Assembly (NCBI RefSeq): GCF_000150275.1
Contig: NW_002060949.1
Location: forward strand, 1,299,836 to 1,363,835
DNA length: 64,000 bases
Direction: 5' to 3'
From: Trichoplax adhaerens
Lineage: Eukaryota; Animalia; Placozoa
The notes beneath the pieces were generated by a model that did no database searches, was not told the origin of the DNA, and saw nothing but the letters and a program-made list of their open reading frames with translations. Within the stretch, counting starts at the first letter, position 1; each line of letters begins with the position of its first letter. Shown piece after piece: positions 37,701 through 50,700 of the stretch. A program made the position numbers and the translations under genes.

Positions 37701-40700
37701 CAGAGTTCGCATGCACTGGACAGTACCGTGCCAGACGAGTGTCAACAGTTTCCAAGGAAATCAACACGATTTCAACCGCACTTGCTTGAATATTATTCTA
37801 CATTGAACGCTTAACTTAAATCTTTCATCATTTCGTTCGGAAATCAATCAATGAAAAATTCGACAATGTTATTTAAGGACTGCAAAATGGATATTCCATT
37901 GATCAAACTGGACACTGTTATTTAAGGACTGCAAAATGGATATTCCATTCATCAAATTGGACACTGTTATTTAAGGACTGCAAAATGGATATTCCATTCA
38001 TCAAATTGGACACTGTTATTTAAGGACTGCAAAATGGATATTCCATTCATCAAATTCGACACTGTTATTTAAGGACTGCAAATGAATATTCCACTGATCA
38101 AATTGGACACTGTTATTTAAGGACTGCAAATGGATATTCCATTGATCGAATTCGCACATACAGTACTGTACTGTACAGCTAGACCAAACTAAACTCTGCA
38201 GACAGCAAGTTGCAATCTCTAATGCCAGCTATCCTACAGTCAACCAAATCAGCTTTAGTAGCAAATTCATTTTGTTGATTCATTACAAGCCAAAGGGAAA
38301 TATCGACCAATCAATTCATATCATACGTTTGTTACCTACGTTCTACCTTATGCCTACAGACTATACTCTAAAGTGCATCTTAACACGCGCCAATCTACCT
38401 CTAGGATTTACGATGCTGCATAAATACATTATACACTCCAAGCTGAAGCGTATTTCCGATATGATTTAGAGTTAGTTAACCCACGGTTTTAATCGTAAAG
38501 TAATTGAAACTTACCAAGCATTCGAACGTATTGCGCATCAATATCGTTTCGATCGTAGGAGATACCACCTCGTCTCTATCATTAAATTCAATACAAAAAA
38601 AATGAATTGTGGCAACAATATAGTTAGCAGAATACTAATCTTACATAAAACACAATAGAGATCAACTACTCAATTTTATCTTCTCCTAGTCGATTTAAGA
38701 ATATCGGCAATTTTAAATTTGGGTTTAAAATCTTTACGGCGCTATGTTATGATTTACTGCTGTATTCATTTGTATAATATGGCATTGACTCTACTCTGCT
38801 GCGGTGTTGCGCATTACCCTTCGATAGATTTACCGAGAAGCTTTAAATAATATACGCTAAATGTAATTCTGTGATGAATGTACAATTTTCATCCTGGCTG
38901 ACCTAGGAGTAAATCCAACACAATCTAGAATACAGTACTCAACTTTCCAACAATACCGTATATCACACGATATCATTCACTTTGCCGTGTATCAAACCCC
39001 TTCAATATAAATATACTAATTTTATTAATAGACCTATGTTCGCGTATGCATGTAATTAACATAACACCAACTACAAATCATCAACCATGAGGTATTTACT
39101 GCTATAAATTTTCTATTACCGTCATACAAATAGTCGTGCTTGTAGTCACTGAAATGACAGACTTGATGTATTATAAATCTTCAATTACGAATGTACAACT
39201 ACAGTACCGTATGTAGCCAACGCTAAATACTATATATCAACACATATCATACGAGTACATGAAGTACACTTGAGTGTTTTTACAGGAATCCTGGCTGCAC
39301 TCCCACACCTACTAATAACGATAAATTCGACGTAGATTCATTTTTGATGTTCAGAACTTGCTGTATTGATATTTCAATAAACGATGTACATTACCGTAAT
39401 ATATCAACATGTATTGAATCAGTTTCAGCATGCAGCAATTACGTTACTAATTTTGTACAATAACACGGAAATATGGCTCATGTAATATTCAACGATGCCA
39501 CTTAATATCTAGTTTAAAATACCAATGGCTAGGACTAAGGACTATAGATAGTCCACGCATATACTCAATATTGGAGTATTGATAAAAGGCAAAAGCCTCA
39601 ACATCCTTCAGTAAAAACGCAGGAATGACTATGGCAACATGGTGGCTAAGTAAATCATGAATATCATGAAATTCACACTGGTCGATACGATACAGTCTTG
39701 CTGGCTTTGTATTTCATAATGCTTGTTACATGAGAATTTTATGTGGCAAAACAGAAGCCCTTAGGATTGCCGAAAAAAATGTTGAAACTTGGACAGCAAT
39801 GACCTCGGTATATTCTACATTTTACCGAAAAGTAGAAGTACCGTCTATATTCAAATTTACTCTTCAGTCATTAATGTTACTTCTACATATTCAGCGGGTA
39901 AAGCTTTAGCAAGTCTGAATAGGATGGATTCTTCTGCTCATAGGTGATATACTGTCAGTTTTTACTTTATCAGAACTACAAGTGTACCTTCAATCTTTGA
40001 TGAAAAGTACGCCAATAATGCCTGTACTAAAATTCGTGACAAAAGTTAAAATGAATTTGCGTATCGAATGTGAGGGCCATGAATATTATTCACGATGGTA
40101 AAAGTAACCAAGTCTGCAATATTTTATGCTAAACGTGGCGGAATTCAATTAGCATTTTATTCGTTCAACACTACACCAGTGTAGGACATTGGTACTGTCC
40201 AGTTGCAATTGTCTACCGCTCTACCGGTAACCTCAGAAAAGAATTGAGCAGTTGCACAGTACTCTACTGTATTGTATTGTCCCGTTGTAGCCTATTTACA
40301 CTAATATGGATCCTAAATTCATGATAGAACGTGCCATTACTTGTAAGTTTAGTTTGGCATAATCGTCTGTGCGTATTCTTGCTCATTTATGAGTTCTAGT
40401 ATTGAAATACTCAGTAACTTTGGTCAGTAAATAAACATACGTGCGTGGGTGAGTACACGCTTCAAAAGTTGACAATTTACAGTACGTCCAGTAGAGACCC
40501 TTTCAAGTCTCTAGTGTAGTCTAGCTTATTGTAGTGTAGTGCGCAGGAACAAAAACTTCCATAGTGTACAGTACAATATACTGTAGTGTAGTGAAAAGAT
40601 TTGTACTGTACTGTATTGTACTGTACTGTACTTAATTATATGAACACGTACCGTCGTCATTAATTGAATTACCTAGTATCAAATGAGTACAGTATACGTA

Positions 40701-41171
40701 CTACATACAGTACCTGAATGTATGATTTACAAGAACGCTATTGTACAGAAAATGCCAACGATGGAAATCATACTAATCACATCGAATAAAATCACCTTCC
40801 ATGTTAAATTATGACTCTACTATACACTTTCAATTAAAATAAAAAGAAGATTGTATTGACTGCCAAGACAAAAAAGAGCTTCTTCATCGTTATCATACAG
40901 TACAGTATACCAAAACCGAGAAGGCAATCAACACCGTATGAACTGTAAAGGCGCAGTAACGTGTGGTAGATGGAAGCGGATAGCACATCGCATTAAATAA
41001 TTATTAATTTAAGTAACTTACTTCTAATCTTGGTAATCCTTCAAAGAGCGATGAACCTGAGCTAAAGCTGATTGCGCCACGACGATGAGCTAATACATGC
41101 CTAGGTATAGTACGATCCAGTGGTAAATGCGGTAAACTAAAACGGTGCACTTGAATCGCACCGATGTCCAT
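28775..41171 (-). CDS. PDE7A: cAMP-specific phosphodiesterase 7 (PDE7A1-like), 485 aa, 14 coding exons
   Basis: Exons 41171-41022, 38575-38515, 37306-37199, 35994-35804, 32164-32101, 30714-30619, 30436-30336, 30145-30070, 29970-29915, 29839-29748, 29631-29550, 29389-29230, 29145-29065, 28914-28775 total 1458 nt. N-terminus [25 protein letters not shown]; catalytic motifs [47 protein letters not shown]. An acceptor at 41194 suggests a further upstream exon. Confidence 0.95.
31498..31547. other. Assembly gap (50 N)
   Basis: Run of N inside a PDE7 intron. Confidence 0.99.
37455..37640. repeat. CAGTA/TACTG island in PDE7 intron 2
   Basis: agtacagtcgtgtacagtgtatagtcgtgtacagtgtatagtactgtacagtcgtgtactgtactgtacag...; GC-richer than its flanks. 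Confidence 0.8.
37862..38153 (+). repeat. Minisatellite, 6 x 48-49 bp
   Basis: Unit gacactgttatttaaggactgcaaaatggatattccattcatcaaattg starting at 37862, 37911, 37960, 38009, 38058 and 38106. Confidence 0.96.
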
Positions 41172-41685
41172 TCCAACTACAGTCAATTTGAACCTGTAGT
41201 GTCGTTGGAAAAGATAAAACCAAATGAAAATAATTGTACTAACAGTAGATAGATTATGAACAAGTTCTACAGTCTACAAATCGAATTTTTTGCCATCCAC
41301 TCGCTGAAGTTTCCAGTAGTGTACTATAGTACAGCACAATACGGTTACAGTATGCTCAGTTAATACTGTACACCAGTGCTACAATGACTGAACAGCCTTG
41401 GTCTACACATACAACACAGTACAGTACAGTCCGGCTACAGTACATTGTATTGTAATTTACAGTGTACAATGTACTGTACCCTCCACTCAATACAGTAGTG
41501 CTACTCACTCAGTAGTCAGTACAGTCCTCTGTAAATATTTGTACAGAACTCTTTGACGCCAAATGGAGTAAAAAAAATAAAAGAAAAAGCTTCAGTACAG
41601 TACAGTATAGTCCAGTACAGTGTACAGTACAGGGACTTCACAGTATATACACTGTAAGATTTTCTTTCAGTACTGTACTGTCAAA
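40560..41685. promoter_or_regulatory. CAGTA/TACTG clusters flanking the first coding exon of PDE7 (about 40560-40640 and 41320-41685); probable PDE7 promoter region
   Basis: tgtactgtactgtattgtactgtactgtac and cagtacagtacagtatagtccagtacagtgtacagtacag, the same signature as the other gene 5' ends. Confidence 0.55.
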
Positions 41686-44600
41686 AGGAATAACTCTTAA
41701 AACTCGACATATAAAAGAATGACCTTGCCAGCATGACCATTCGATCACGAAGGTAGATTTACCTCCAAATCACGTTTTTGGACTGTAAAAAAAATAGTTT
41801 TAGAATCTCCAGGCTACAGAAAATACACCTAAATTTGAGTAGTCCCTTTTATTCTCCGGCTATCTTGATTAGTGTGAGTGAGCTCCATCAGTTCTACTGA
41901 ATGAAAATACGCCTAAAATACAGTACTATAACATATGGCGGAGTCGTCACAGTTCCACGTACTGCGCGTTATAATGCGAATTTTATAAAAGTATGCAAAT
42001 TGTAGAATTTCATTCATTTTTTCCCGTCAAATAAAAATAGCTGCGGAGCGCACATACATACGTTCATGCATTCGATAGCATAATAGATAAATTAAAAATT
42101 TCGAAAAAAACCAATTAATTAAAACAAAAGCGTAAATTGTGTTGTATCCAAGCCACATAAAGTTGTATAGTAGATTAAAACTCATTTTTTTTTTTAACTA
42201 AATATTGTACATAATTCATATCATCCATATCATTTCTCAATTAATAGTTAATGCTATACAAAAGTATACTTTCAAGAAAAAGAAACTATTAAAATTTATA
42301 AAAGGAATTTCACTTATTATTTTACTGATCCCCTAATTATGGCAGTGCGCTCTACTAAGCTCTACTGTGTACTGACACTACTTTACAACGGTAAAACTCT
42401 AGCATGCTCAATTGCTCATGCTTTCAGCGCATTAATTGTTATGAAAATTTGGAGCACAAGTAGCCAATCCCATACAATCGAATATCTACACACATATACA
42501 ACATACATGCCTATGGATACTATTGGTGGGTTTGAGAGCTAACAAAAAATGATAGATAATCCGACAAAAGCTACACGTTTGTAGGATCGTAATCATTGAA
42601 TGCTGACGACTTTTACTTTAGTGGACCTTGGTAGGCGGTCTAGAGCTCTGTAGAAAAATTACGGACCCAAGAAACATCATCGATATTTTATCTCCTATCT
42701 AACTAAAGTAATCGGCCCTAATATACACTACACCAATGATTAGCATTCAATGTTTTCAATGTCTTGTGGAACAAAATCTCATCAAGTTTTCTTGCACTCT
42801 ATATATTAGCGAGTATTGAGTATGGATTGTATAGCCTAACCCTCGTATACCTAACATTAACACGCTTAAGCACGAGCTAATAGTAAAATATATTCTATAA
42901 CTAGATAGTGTACACAGTCTTTCGCAATTGTAAAACTAACTTCAATTTATAGTATCACTAGTAGCAATCTCTAACGCTCGCCACAAATATCCCAGATGCA
43001 GTATATATGTATCTTACATAAACTATGAACACTCGTCGTACAAATTAATTATTTGGATGCAGTATGTCATACTGAGAACGGTATTAACTACTTCATAAGT
43101 AGAGGAAAGTATCTTCAAGTCTGCAAAAATTTAATGTTTAATAGCCTAATTATCTTGCCAATTTCGTAATAGATGCTACAAAAATTATAAGGAGAACGCT
43201 CAGTTTATCAAATGCTACTGCGAGGTCTAAAAATATCGACGTTACATACCTGTGCACTACGAAGTATATTTATCAAAAGTAGAAACATAGGCTTCTAGCC
43301 TCGTCTTCATGTAATCTAAATCAAGATTTAACGTGCATGTATATAGAAGATTAATATACAATATTCTGTGAATTTTGCATACGAGAGACCGCATACTAAA
43401 GGCCTTCTACAATACTGTATATTGCACGGATCATGGACTACGATAGCAAAAGGAGAATCCCGAGGCCCATGTAGAACCCCATGCATCGAGATCTTCGGAG
43501 TACACCACACTTTCTAATATTATTTACCGGCCCAATGCAAACTATTACGATATTGTTGGTTTATTGAAAAATAGTCTACGTAGATCGATACTATAGTATG
43601 TCGTAGCCTGATTTCAAGTATAAAATTAGACTCTAAGAATTAAACGATAATAATTATAGTCATTATTTCAATTAATATTGTAACTATATCAAGAAATTAA
43701 TGAGTACCATCTAGTTGAAAGTAAACGGAAGCCATGAAACAATTTCTCATTGTTTCCTCAAAACTACTGGAATATTTTTTACTGTCAAGTGGAATTAATA
43801 AATTATCTACAGTTAATGCATTCTACTGGAGTTATCTGCGTGAAAACCAACGCGATTAGAAAATTATAGCAAGTTAATTTACCTCATGGTAAGTACACCC
43901 AATGCTCTTTTGTTAAAGGAACGTCAAACAATATTTTATAGCCTATCTATAAATCTAAAATACCTTTGCAGCATTTCATTTTATTTATGCTACATACGCG
44001 TACAAAATCTGAGATAAATCCCTTGTATCCTAACAGGTTTTAGTGAATAACAAGGAAAATTAGATAAGATGATAAAATTTGTAAAGTAAGAATACGTGGT
44101 TGAAAAATTCAATATGCAGCAAGTATCAAAAAGTATCAGCTCCTATTAAGAAAATTGAGTAAATTAGTCAGAACGATCGCAACGTTTTTAGCTGTCTTAT
44201 TTACATTTAAAATTTGTCCCAATACCGTATTGTATTAAAATTATTACCAAGAACAACAAGTACAGCACGTATAACATAGCTAAGAATATGGATCTGTAAC
44301 GCTATTGAATCTAGATATTGATTTAAAAGCTTATTGTTAAAAGTCCTACCATAGCCATTATTCTATCGTCAATTAACCCTACATATTAAAAATTCTACAT
44401 CAAATTAAATTTGAAGCTAGCAACAACTTTTATAAAAATGTAATTCACCGTGTAGTATGTAATATGTAAGCTAATTATCTTTCCTAGATTAAAATGTTAA
44501 CTCATACAATGTATTATGAATAAACCTAGAAATTGAGCCATGTTGCTTGTATCTACTTGTCAATATAGTTTTCTCAAACATAGCAACTACGAGTACAGTA

Positions 44601-44708
44601 GCATTATCTTGTACAGTTTTAGCAATGAATGAATGATTATTTAACACTTAAAAAATTTCATAATGCAGTTGTATAATTTCAAAAGAAAAACCTTTATCAA
44701 AAAAATTA

Positions 44709-44758
44709 NNNNNNNNNNNNNNNNNNNNNNNNNNNNNNNNNNNNNNNNNNNNNNNNNN
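44709..44758. other. Assembly gap (50 N)
   Basis: Run of N. Confidence 0.99.
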
Positions 44759-47700
44759 TAAGCCATTCAATGACATACTTAGATGTAAAAAATAAATATT
44801 CGTACACAGTGGGATGTAACAGTTACTCGATAGCAAGGTCGAAATTTTTAAAGATACTCGATATTAGAAAGAAAGCTTATAAGCCATAATAACATAAGTC
44901 GTATTAATTTACCTTTTAAAGTTATGAAAAGCTAACACTAACGCATGTCTTTTTAAGATAAGCGATTGATCTAAATTTAGCCTTTGCTTATATGGTAATA
45001 CACGTACACCCCTTTAGTAGGTTATAATAATACTGTAGCTATTAGCTGAAAGTAAGAAGGCCTTAAAAATGTTTGATGAATAAGAACGAGTGAACGATTC
45101 ATATCGATGACAATTAAATTTTAAATGAATATAGATTTTAGGATTTATCCGTAAATCATAAAATATACCCTTTTTCATGTCTGTCATTCGAGCATTAATT
45201 TAAGAATTACTATCAAAGTAGATTTATAGTATCGTATCGATCAACATAGAGATTCATATATTCCATTTTAAAATAAGTCCAGTTCATTTCCTTAACTGTC
45301 ACGTATGTACAATATGTATCGTTTGTATATTATTAACTATCTATCTGCCAATATAAAGTATTATAGTTTGTTAATGTCATTTTTGTACATACTCAATCGC
45401 ATTTCCAGATCACTAACAACAATAACAATTTTTTTCATACGAATATCTTGTTAAATTGATTCTATTTTTTCACCTATTAAAATGTTCTTACTGCATTCAG
45501 AGAACTTCTTTCTTGATGATCTACCTTGACAGCCAGCAAATAGAATGCTTGTTTATCGCTGTTATTAACGACAATCAATATGGTTACTAAATGAGACGAA
45601 GAATGAATTGATTTGGATACTCTTATTCGTACGTAGATTGAAGCTTTTGTATTAAGAGATATCAACGAAATCGTACCAGCCATGTATCGTATTCATATGT
45701 CGAGACTAGTTCTTATACTAACATTATTTGGTATTTCTCACTTATGTACACTTATAAATCTTTGACTAGTTTCTATAGTTATCGAATGTCGTAATTTTAG
45801 TTACTGTTATACAATAGCGTGGAGATATGGACAGGTGCAAGTTAAAAAGTTATAGCATCCATACACTTTCGTATACTTATCGTTTAACGATATGTTTACA
45901 TAATATATGTAAACTTTAGATCACAATTGCGATGCTCCTACTTCGATAGCGATATGATTTATTGTCTCTTCTATGCCAGACAATGCTCATAATAATATAT
46001 ATTATCAATCTCATTATTGCTACTATTATTTTATGCTATTGTTAAATCAAGGATTATGATACTATGTGCTACAGTTTCGAATGCGGTGTACAGTATCAGT
46101 ACTATCATAGACGATTAAATATATTGCAAATCTATCATGGATGGAATATTGACGGTAGAATAAATAAATTAATCATATAACAAATTAAATTCATGCGACA
46201 ATCTAGACGCTCTCTTTAATTGTGTAGAATTTCATGCAATTATAAAGTACACTACCCCTCCATTTTATTGATCGGTAGACTATAAGCAGAAAGATTCAAA
46301 ATCCGCGTACTACTATATTCTTTTCTTGACTACTAACTAACAATACTGTGCATAGCTAATAGTTAAAAAAGGATGGAAAAAATTTAAACAGAGTAGAATT
46401 TAAGAATAGGAAAAGAAAAAAATGATAAAATTAAGTTGAAAATAATAGCACTAAATTATGTTATATTCAAGCACTCAATATAACAAGTGAAGAGATATTG
46501 ATCCATAAAAAACGTGATCATTGAATTTATGATGATTGATTGCCGACATCAAAAATGTAACAGCTGGTCTTACAATTATCCTTGATAATAATGAAACAAT
46601 CATGACCTTATCAAATGCTACAATACACAATATTATAGATGCATAGCATGAACTCTTTCGTAAACGGCAAGCAAGTAAGAATTAGAATCGGTATTAAAAT
46701 AATGCTTTACTTTTCTAAAGTCAACAATGGCGTAAAATAAATTCTTTTCACCAATTGTTATTCGGTTAGTCCAAATGTAAAGGCTAGAAAAGATAATGAC
46801 ATAAAAGCACTTTAGCAGATTATAGCTGTTAGATTAAAATAAAACTTTTTTGATAGATAATATGATAATACAGCACCAAAATAACGTAAACTTCATTTAT
46901 ATCAATCAATTAAACAGCTTTTGTTTGTTTAATTTCATTGGCGATATTACAATCGTTACTTCTAAACGATTATCTTATCGGCATTTTTTAGATCTTACCC
47001 ATTTTGGGCATGATTATTAAAACTAAAGTACCGAAAAAAGAGATTTAAATCAAGTTATAACTAGCTAATTTAAAAGTGTATATGCTGCAAAGCGTAGAAG
47101 TTAATTTCTAAAGTTTTCACCTACCATATCCTCTGACATGCAGTATGTTATGTTCAATATATACAATATGCTGCATGTACACCTAGCACGTGTAAGCGCT
47201 ACAACAAGTCCTAGACCACTTTAGCAAAGTATATTATCATAGTACATTATTTTGACAGAATCAATTTTCTCGAGCTGCAGAAGTATTAAAATAGTTAACT
47301 GTTTTCGTAATATACTGTAGTCTTTTTCTCTATTATAAACTATAGAACGTGATCTGCATTAAGCATAGATAACTAGATTCTTTGTAAGCTTATATCAAAT
47401 TAGCCAACCATGTAAAATTACTTTATACTACGCTATTGTAATTGTAACTTGTAAACTATAACTAAACGGTAAATTGGACATTACAATAACTAAGACGGCG
47501 ATTAGTTATCTATCATTCGGCTGTTCTTTATAGGTCATTTCGTTCTCATTCACCAAACTTGTCCTTTATTACGACAATTATTCATAATCTTAACGAATTA
47601 AATTTCTCATGTCACGTGCGGTTATATTTTTAACGTAATAGATTTTACTAGCAATCAGTAGGCTTAAATTTGCAGTCATTAATAAGTTCCTGCCTCTAAT

Positions 47701-50700
47701 CCCAATAGGAATCACTTTTCGATAGTTATTATCGTGGTTACACTCCTGTTGATCGCTACTATCTCCGGATAATTTGCAGACAACACTGAAAAATTATCTT
47801 CTGCATAGGTGAATTTTAGATATTCTCAGGACTGATTTTGTTTCATCCATTTATAGGACGTACATATGTATACTCGAAAGCTGCTTCAAGTAGTATACAT
47901 TGTAATTAGTCTTGATCGCCTTTAAAAAGCATAACAACATTTTTATTTTATCGGAATAAATCGAATAGATTCATCAAAGCGAACAGACATCATTAAGCAG
48001 TAAATGTTGCATAAAATTTCCCTATAACAAAAAATACGATTCATTTATTACTGGTCATAAATAGTGCCTTGTTACGATGGTAACAACTGCTGTATATTAT
48101 TATAGTGTGTTACTCTTAAACCAGTAATCAAATACTTCATTCATGAAGATATCGTAATCTTGCGAATCATACTCTCTATAAACCAATATAATACTTAAAT
48201 ATTTCGCTCATTTATCCTTTTAATTGAATAGATATAAACCCAACAAATGATTAATTTATTTTTACAATTATTCGTGATAGATCATTTTATGACTCTCCAG
48301 TTGCTCTATGAAGCTTAATCTAATCGATAGCATAGTGCTCTTTTAAGATGAAAATAAAATAAAAATATTTCATAGGCTACGATAACATACGTAAAGCCCT
48401 GTTACTCACTAACATTTACCGTGAAATCAAGTTAAAAGATTGCTGAAGATTGTATGCGATGTAAAAGGTAATTCATCTAAATTATTTCCTATTTATAACT
48501 ATAACTAAAGTTAAAATGTCACGTAGTAGATGTTTGCAACAACGCCATTAGCGGAACTTTGTACCTTATTATAAATTTATAGGAATGCATTCCTACTATA
48601 GTTTAGTACAATAGTTCCTTTCTATCTCTGATAAGTAGATCCGTTCAATTTTGAATAGACTAACTAGTAATGAATACCTAGCTAATATATATACGGCAAA
48701 TACGTCCTTTATGGAGATTTGTAAACTTCATTTTGTGCGATATAATCTACTGTATTTAATGTATTCTATCAACATAATTGATCAATGATAACTATACTGA
48801 TGTATATAATGTCCTTTTATACAAGATAGTTAACATAACTTAACAATTAGTGTGGATATTTAGCCATAAATACATGAACAATACAGTAGTTAATTTTACG
48901 CTTACTGTATTGGATAATCCGGTAACAGATAAGCGAACACTTGCTTACCCATGTATATACACGTAGAGTACAAAAATTTATTTACATACTTTTGGAGCTA
49001 AGCTGTTTTGAACCAATGATTATTAGAAATATCCCTAAATTTTCTCCCACTATTTTCATACTGAACGAATGATATAACCCGTGTAAAATGTAAGCAATGA
49101 GAAAATTAAGCAACAACGTCCGTTAGCAATAGAATCCACAGCTAAATAACTAATGGGGAGATAACTAAAAAATTCACATAAGATTGCTTTATGATAAATT
49201 AAAATCAGAAATGCTGTTCATTGCTTGCTTGATTGTTAACCTATGCGAATTGATATATGATGACTATACAATGTTCTTACAATAGTAAGAGGCTATTTAT
49301 AATTACAACTAATTAGTGAATTATAATCGAGTGTATATTATAATCCACACGTCAATACTACGGTTTATTATAATAATTTTTATGTTTTTTATTTGTTCAT
49401 CGCTGATAAAGGCCGGTCATGAACTTTTTAGCCTAGAAATAGCCATAATAAATTATACTTATGAGAATTTATCTCGCAACTTCCCAGTGGGTAGCGGTAA
49501 ATATTAATGCCCTGTTATAAGTAATAGTATAATACAAGCTACAACTTTGATTAATATTTTCTAAACGACTTTGGTAAAAGAAAAATTTACCCTATATCTT
49601 ACTCCATATTATAAGAAACATTCATATCTCATATTAAGATATGTTCCATTTTCTCATCAGTTATCGATAATATGCATTATAATAGTAGTTGTCTATACCA
49701 GAAAACAATTATATGCTTGCAGTAAGTAAAGGGTGAAAATGTGTTGTTCAAGTATTAGCTTAACCTGAGAAAGGACTTTTCATCAGCATCACATTTTATT
49801 ATTTACTGCTTACCTCATGTTATTAATTTTTTTAAATTATTTCCAAAAATGGTCTCGCATTCTATATTCTTAATTTCTTGAAGACTGAAGGGTGTACGCA
49901 ATCCAATGCATTACTTGTAATGTATAATTAATAATTAATAGATTTGTCAGAGATTTTCATTTATGAATATATAAGGTACATTGTGATGATAAACAAATCA
50001 TACGTTTGAAAGATAAAATTACATTTAAATCGCTGATAAATTACAATTATTCCCGCATTATCATTTCTACCAAATTGACGTATTGAGTTAGGTTATCTGT
50101 GTTCGTATTATATTGGAAATAAGCCTGTTAGTTGCATTTTAAACAATTGATCCAAAATAATTATTGTTGACTGTACTATAAAAAGCGACAAATGCCATCA
50201 TTTGATATGATTTAGTTAAAATAATATGCTATTCCTACAAAGCAATAGCATAGGACCTGTATTTAAATGGATTTTTGAAGATAGAAAAGCCCTGATAATA
50301 TTTCATTTTTAGGGCGAATAAATATTGAAAGGTTGTATTTACTTTATAAAGAGCAATCTTAAATTTGGAAACGTCCTATTTAAAAATCCTACTTCAATTG
50401 CTGAATTGTCAATTTTTCTGCAACTTTTTCTCATATACAAAATAATTATTCAGCAATGTTCTCTAAAATTTCATACTATTATTATTTAATGGTCTCAGTA
50501 TGGCTTACTAGTAAGAAAAAATACATACAGTAATGAACATTAATTTCTTGGAGTCGATATCATATGATTGATCTATTAATATCATTATAACTTTTATTCA
50601 TGATATTCATGATTTTAAAATTTTCCCGGTAACCGAAATATTATATGATAGTTGTAAAGTTAACTGACAATAGCATTTATTTATGCTATAATTTAATATG

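Noticed and set aside
37862-38153. CRISPR-like array (also 63301-63556)
   Set aside because: The units are contiguous with no unique spacers, sit inside eukaryotic introns, and there are no cas genes. These are minisatellites.
41935-41990. ATGGCGGAGTCG (MAESSQF...) as the PHACTR first coding exon
   Set aside because: I found no phase-1 GT donor compatible with the 61441 acceptor, and the ORF stops after 17 codons.
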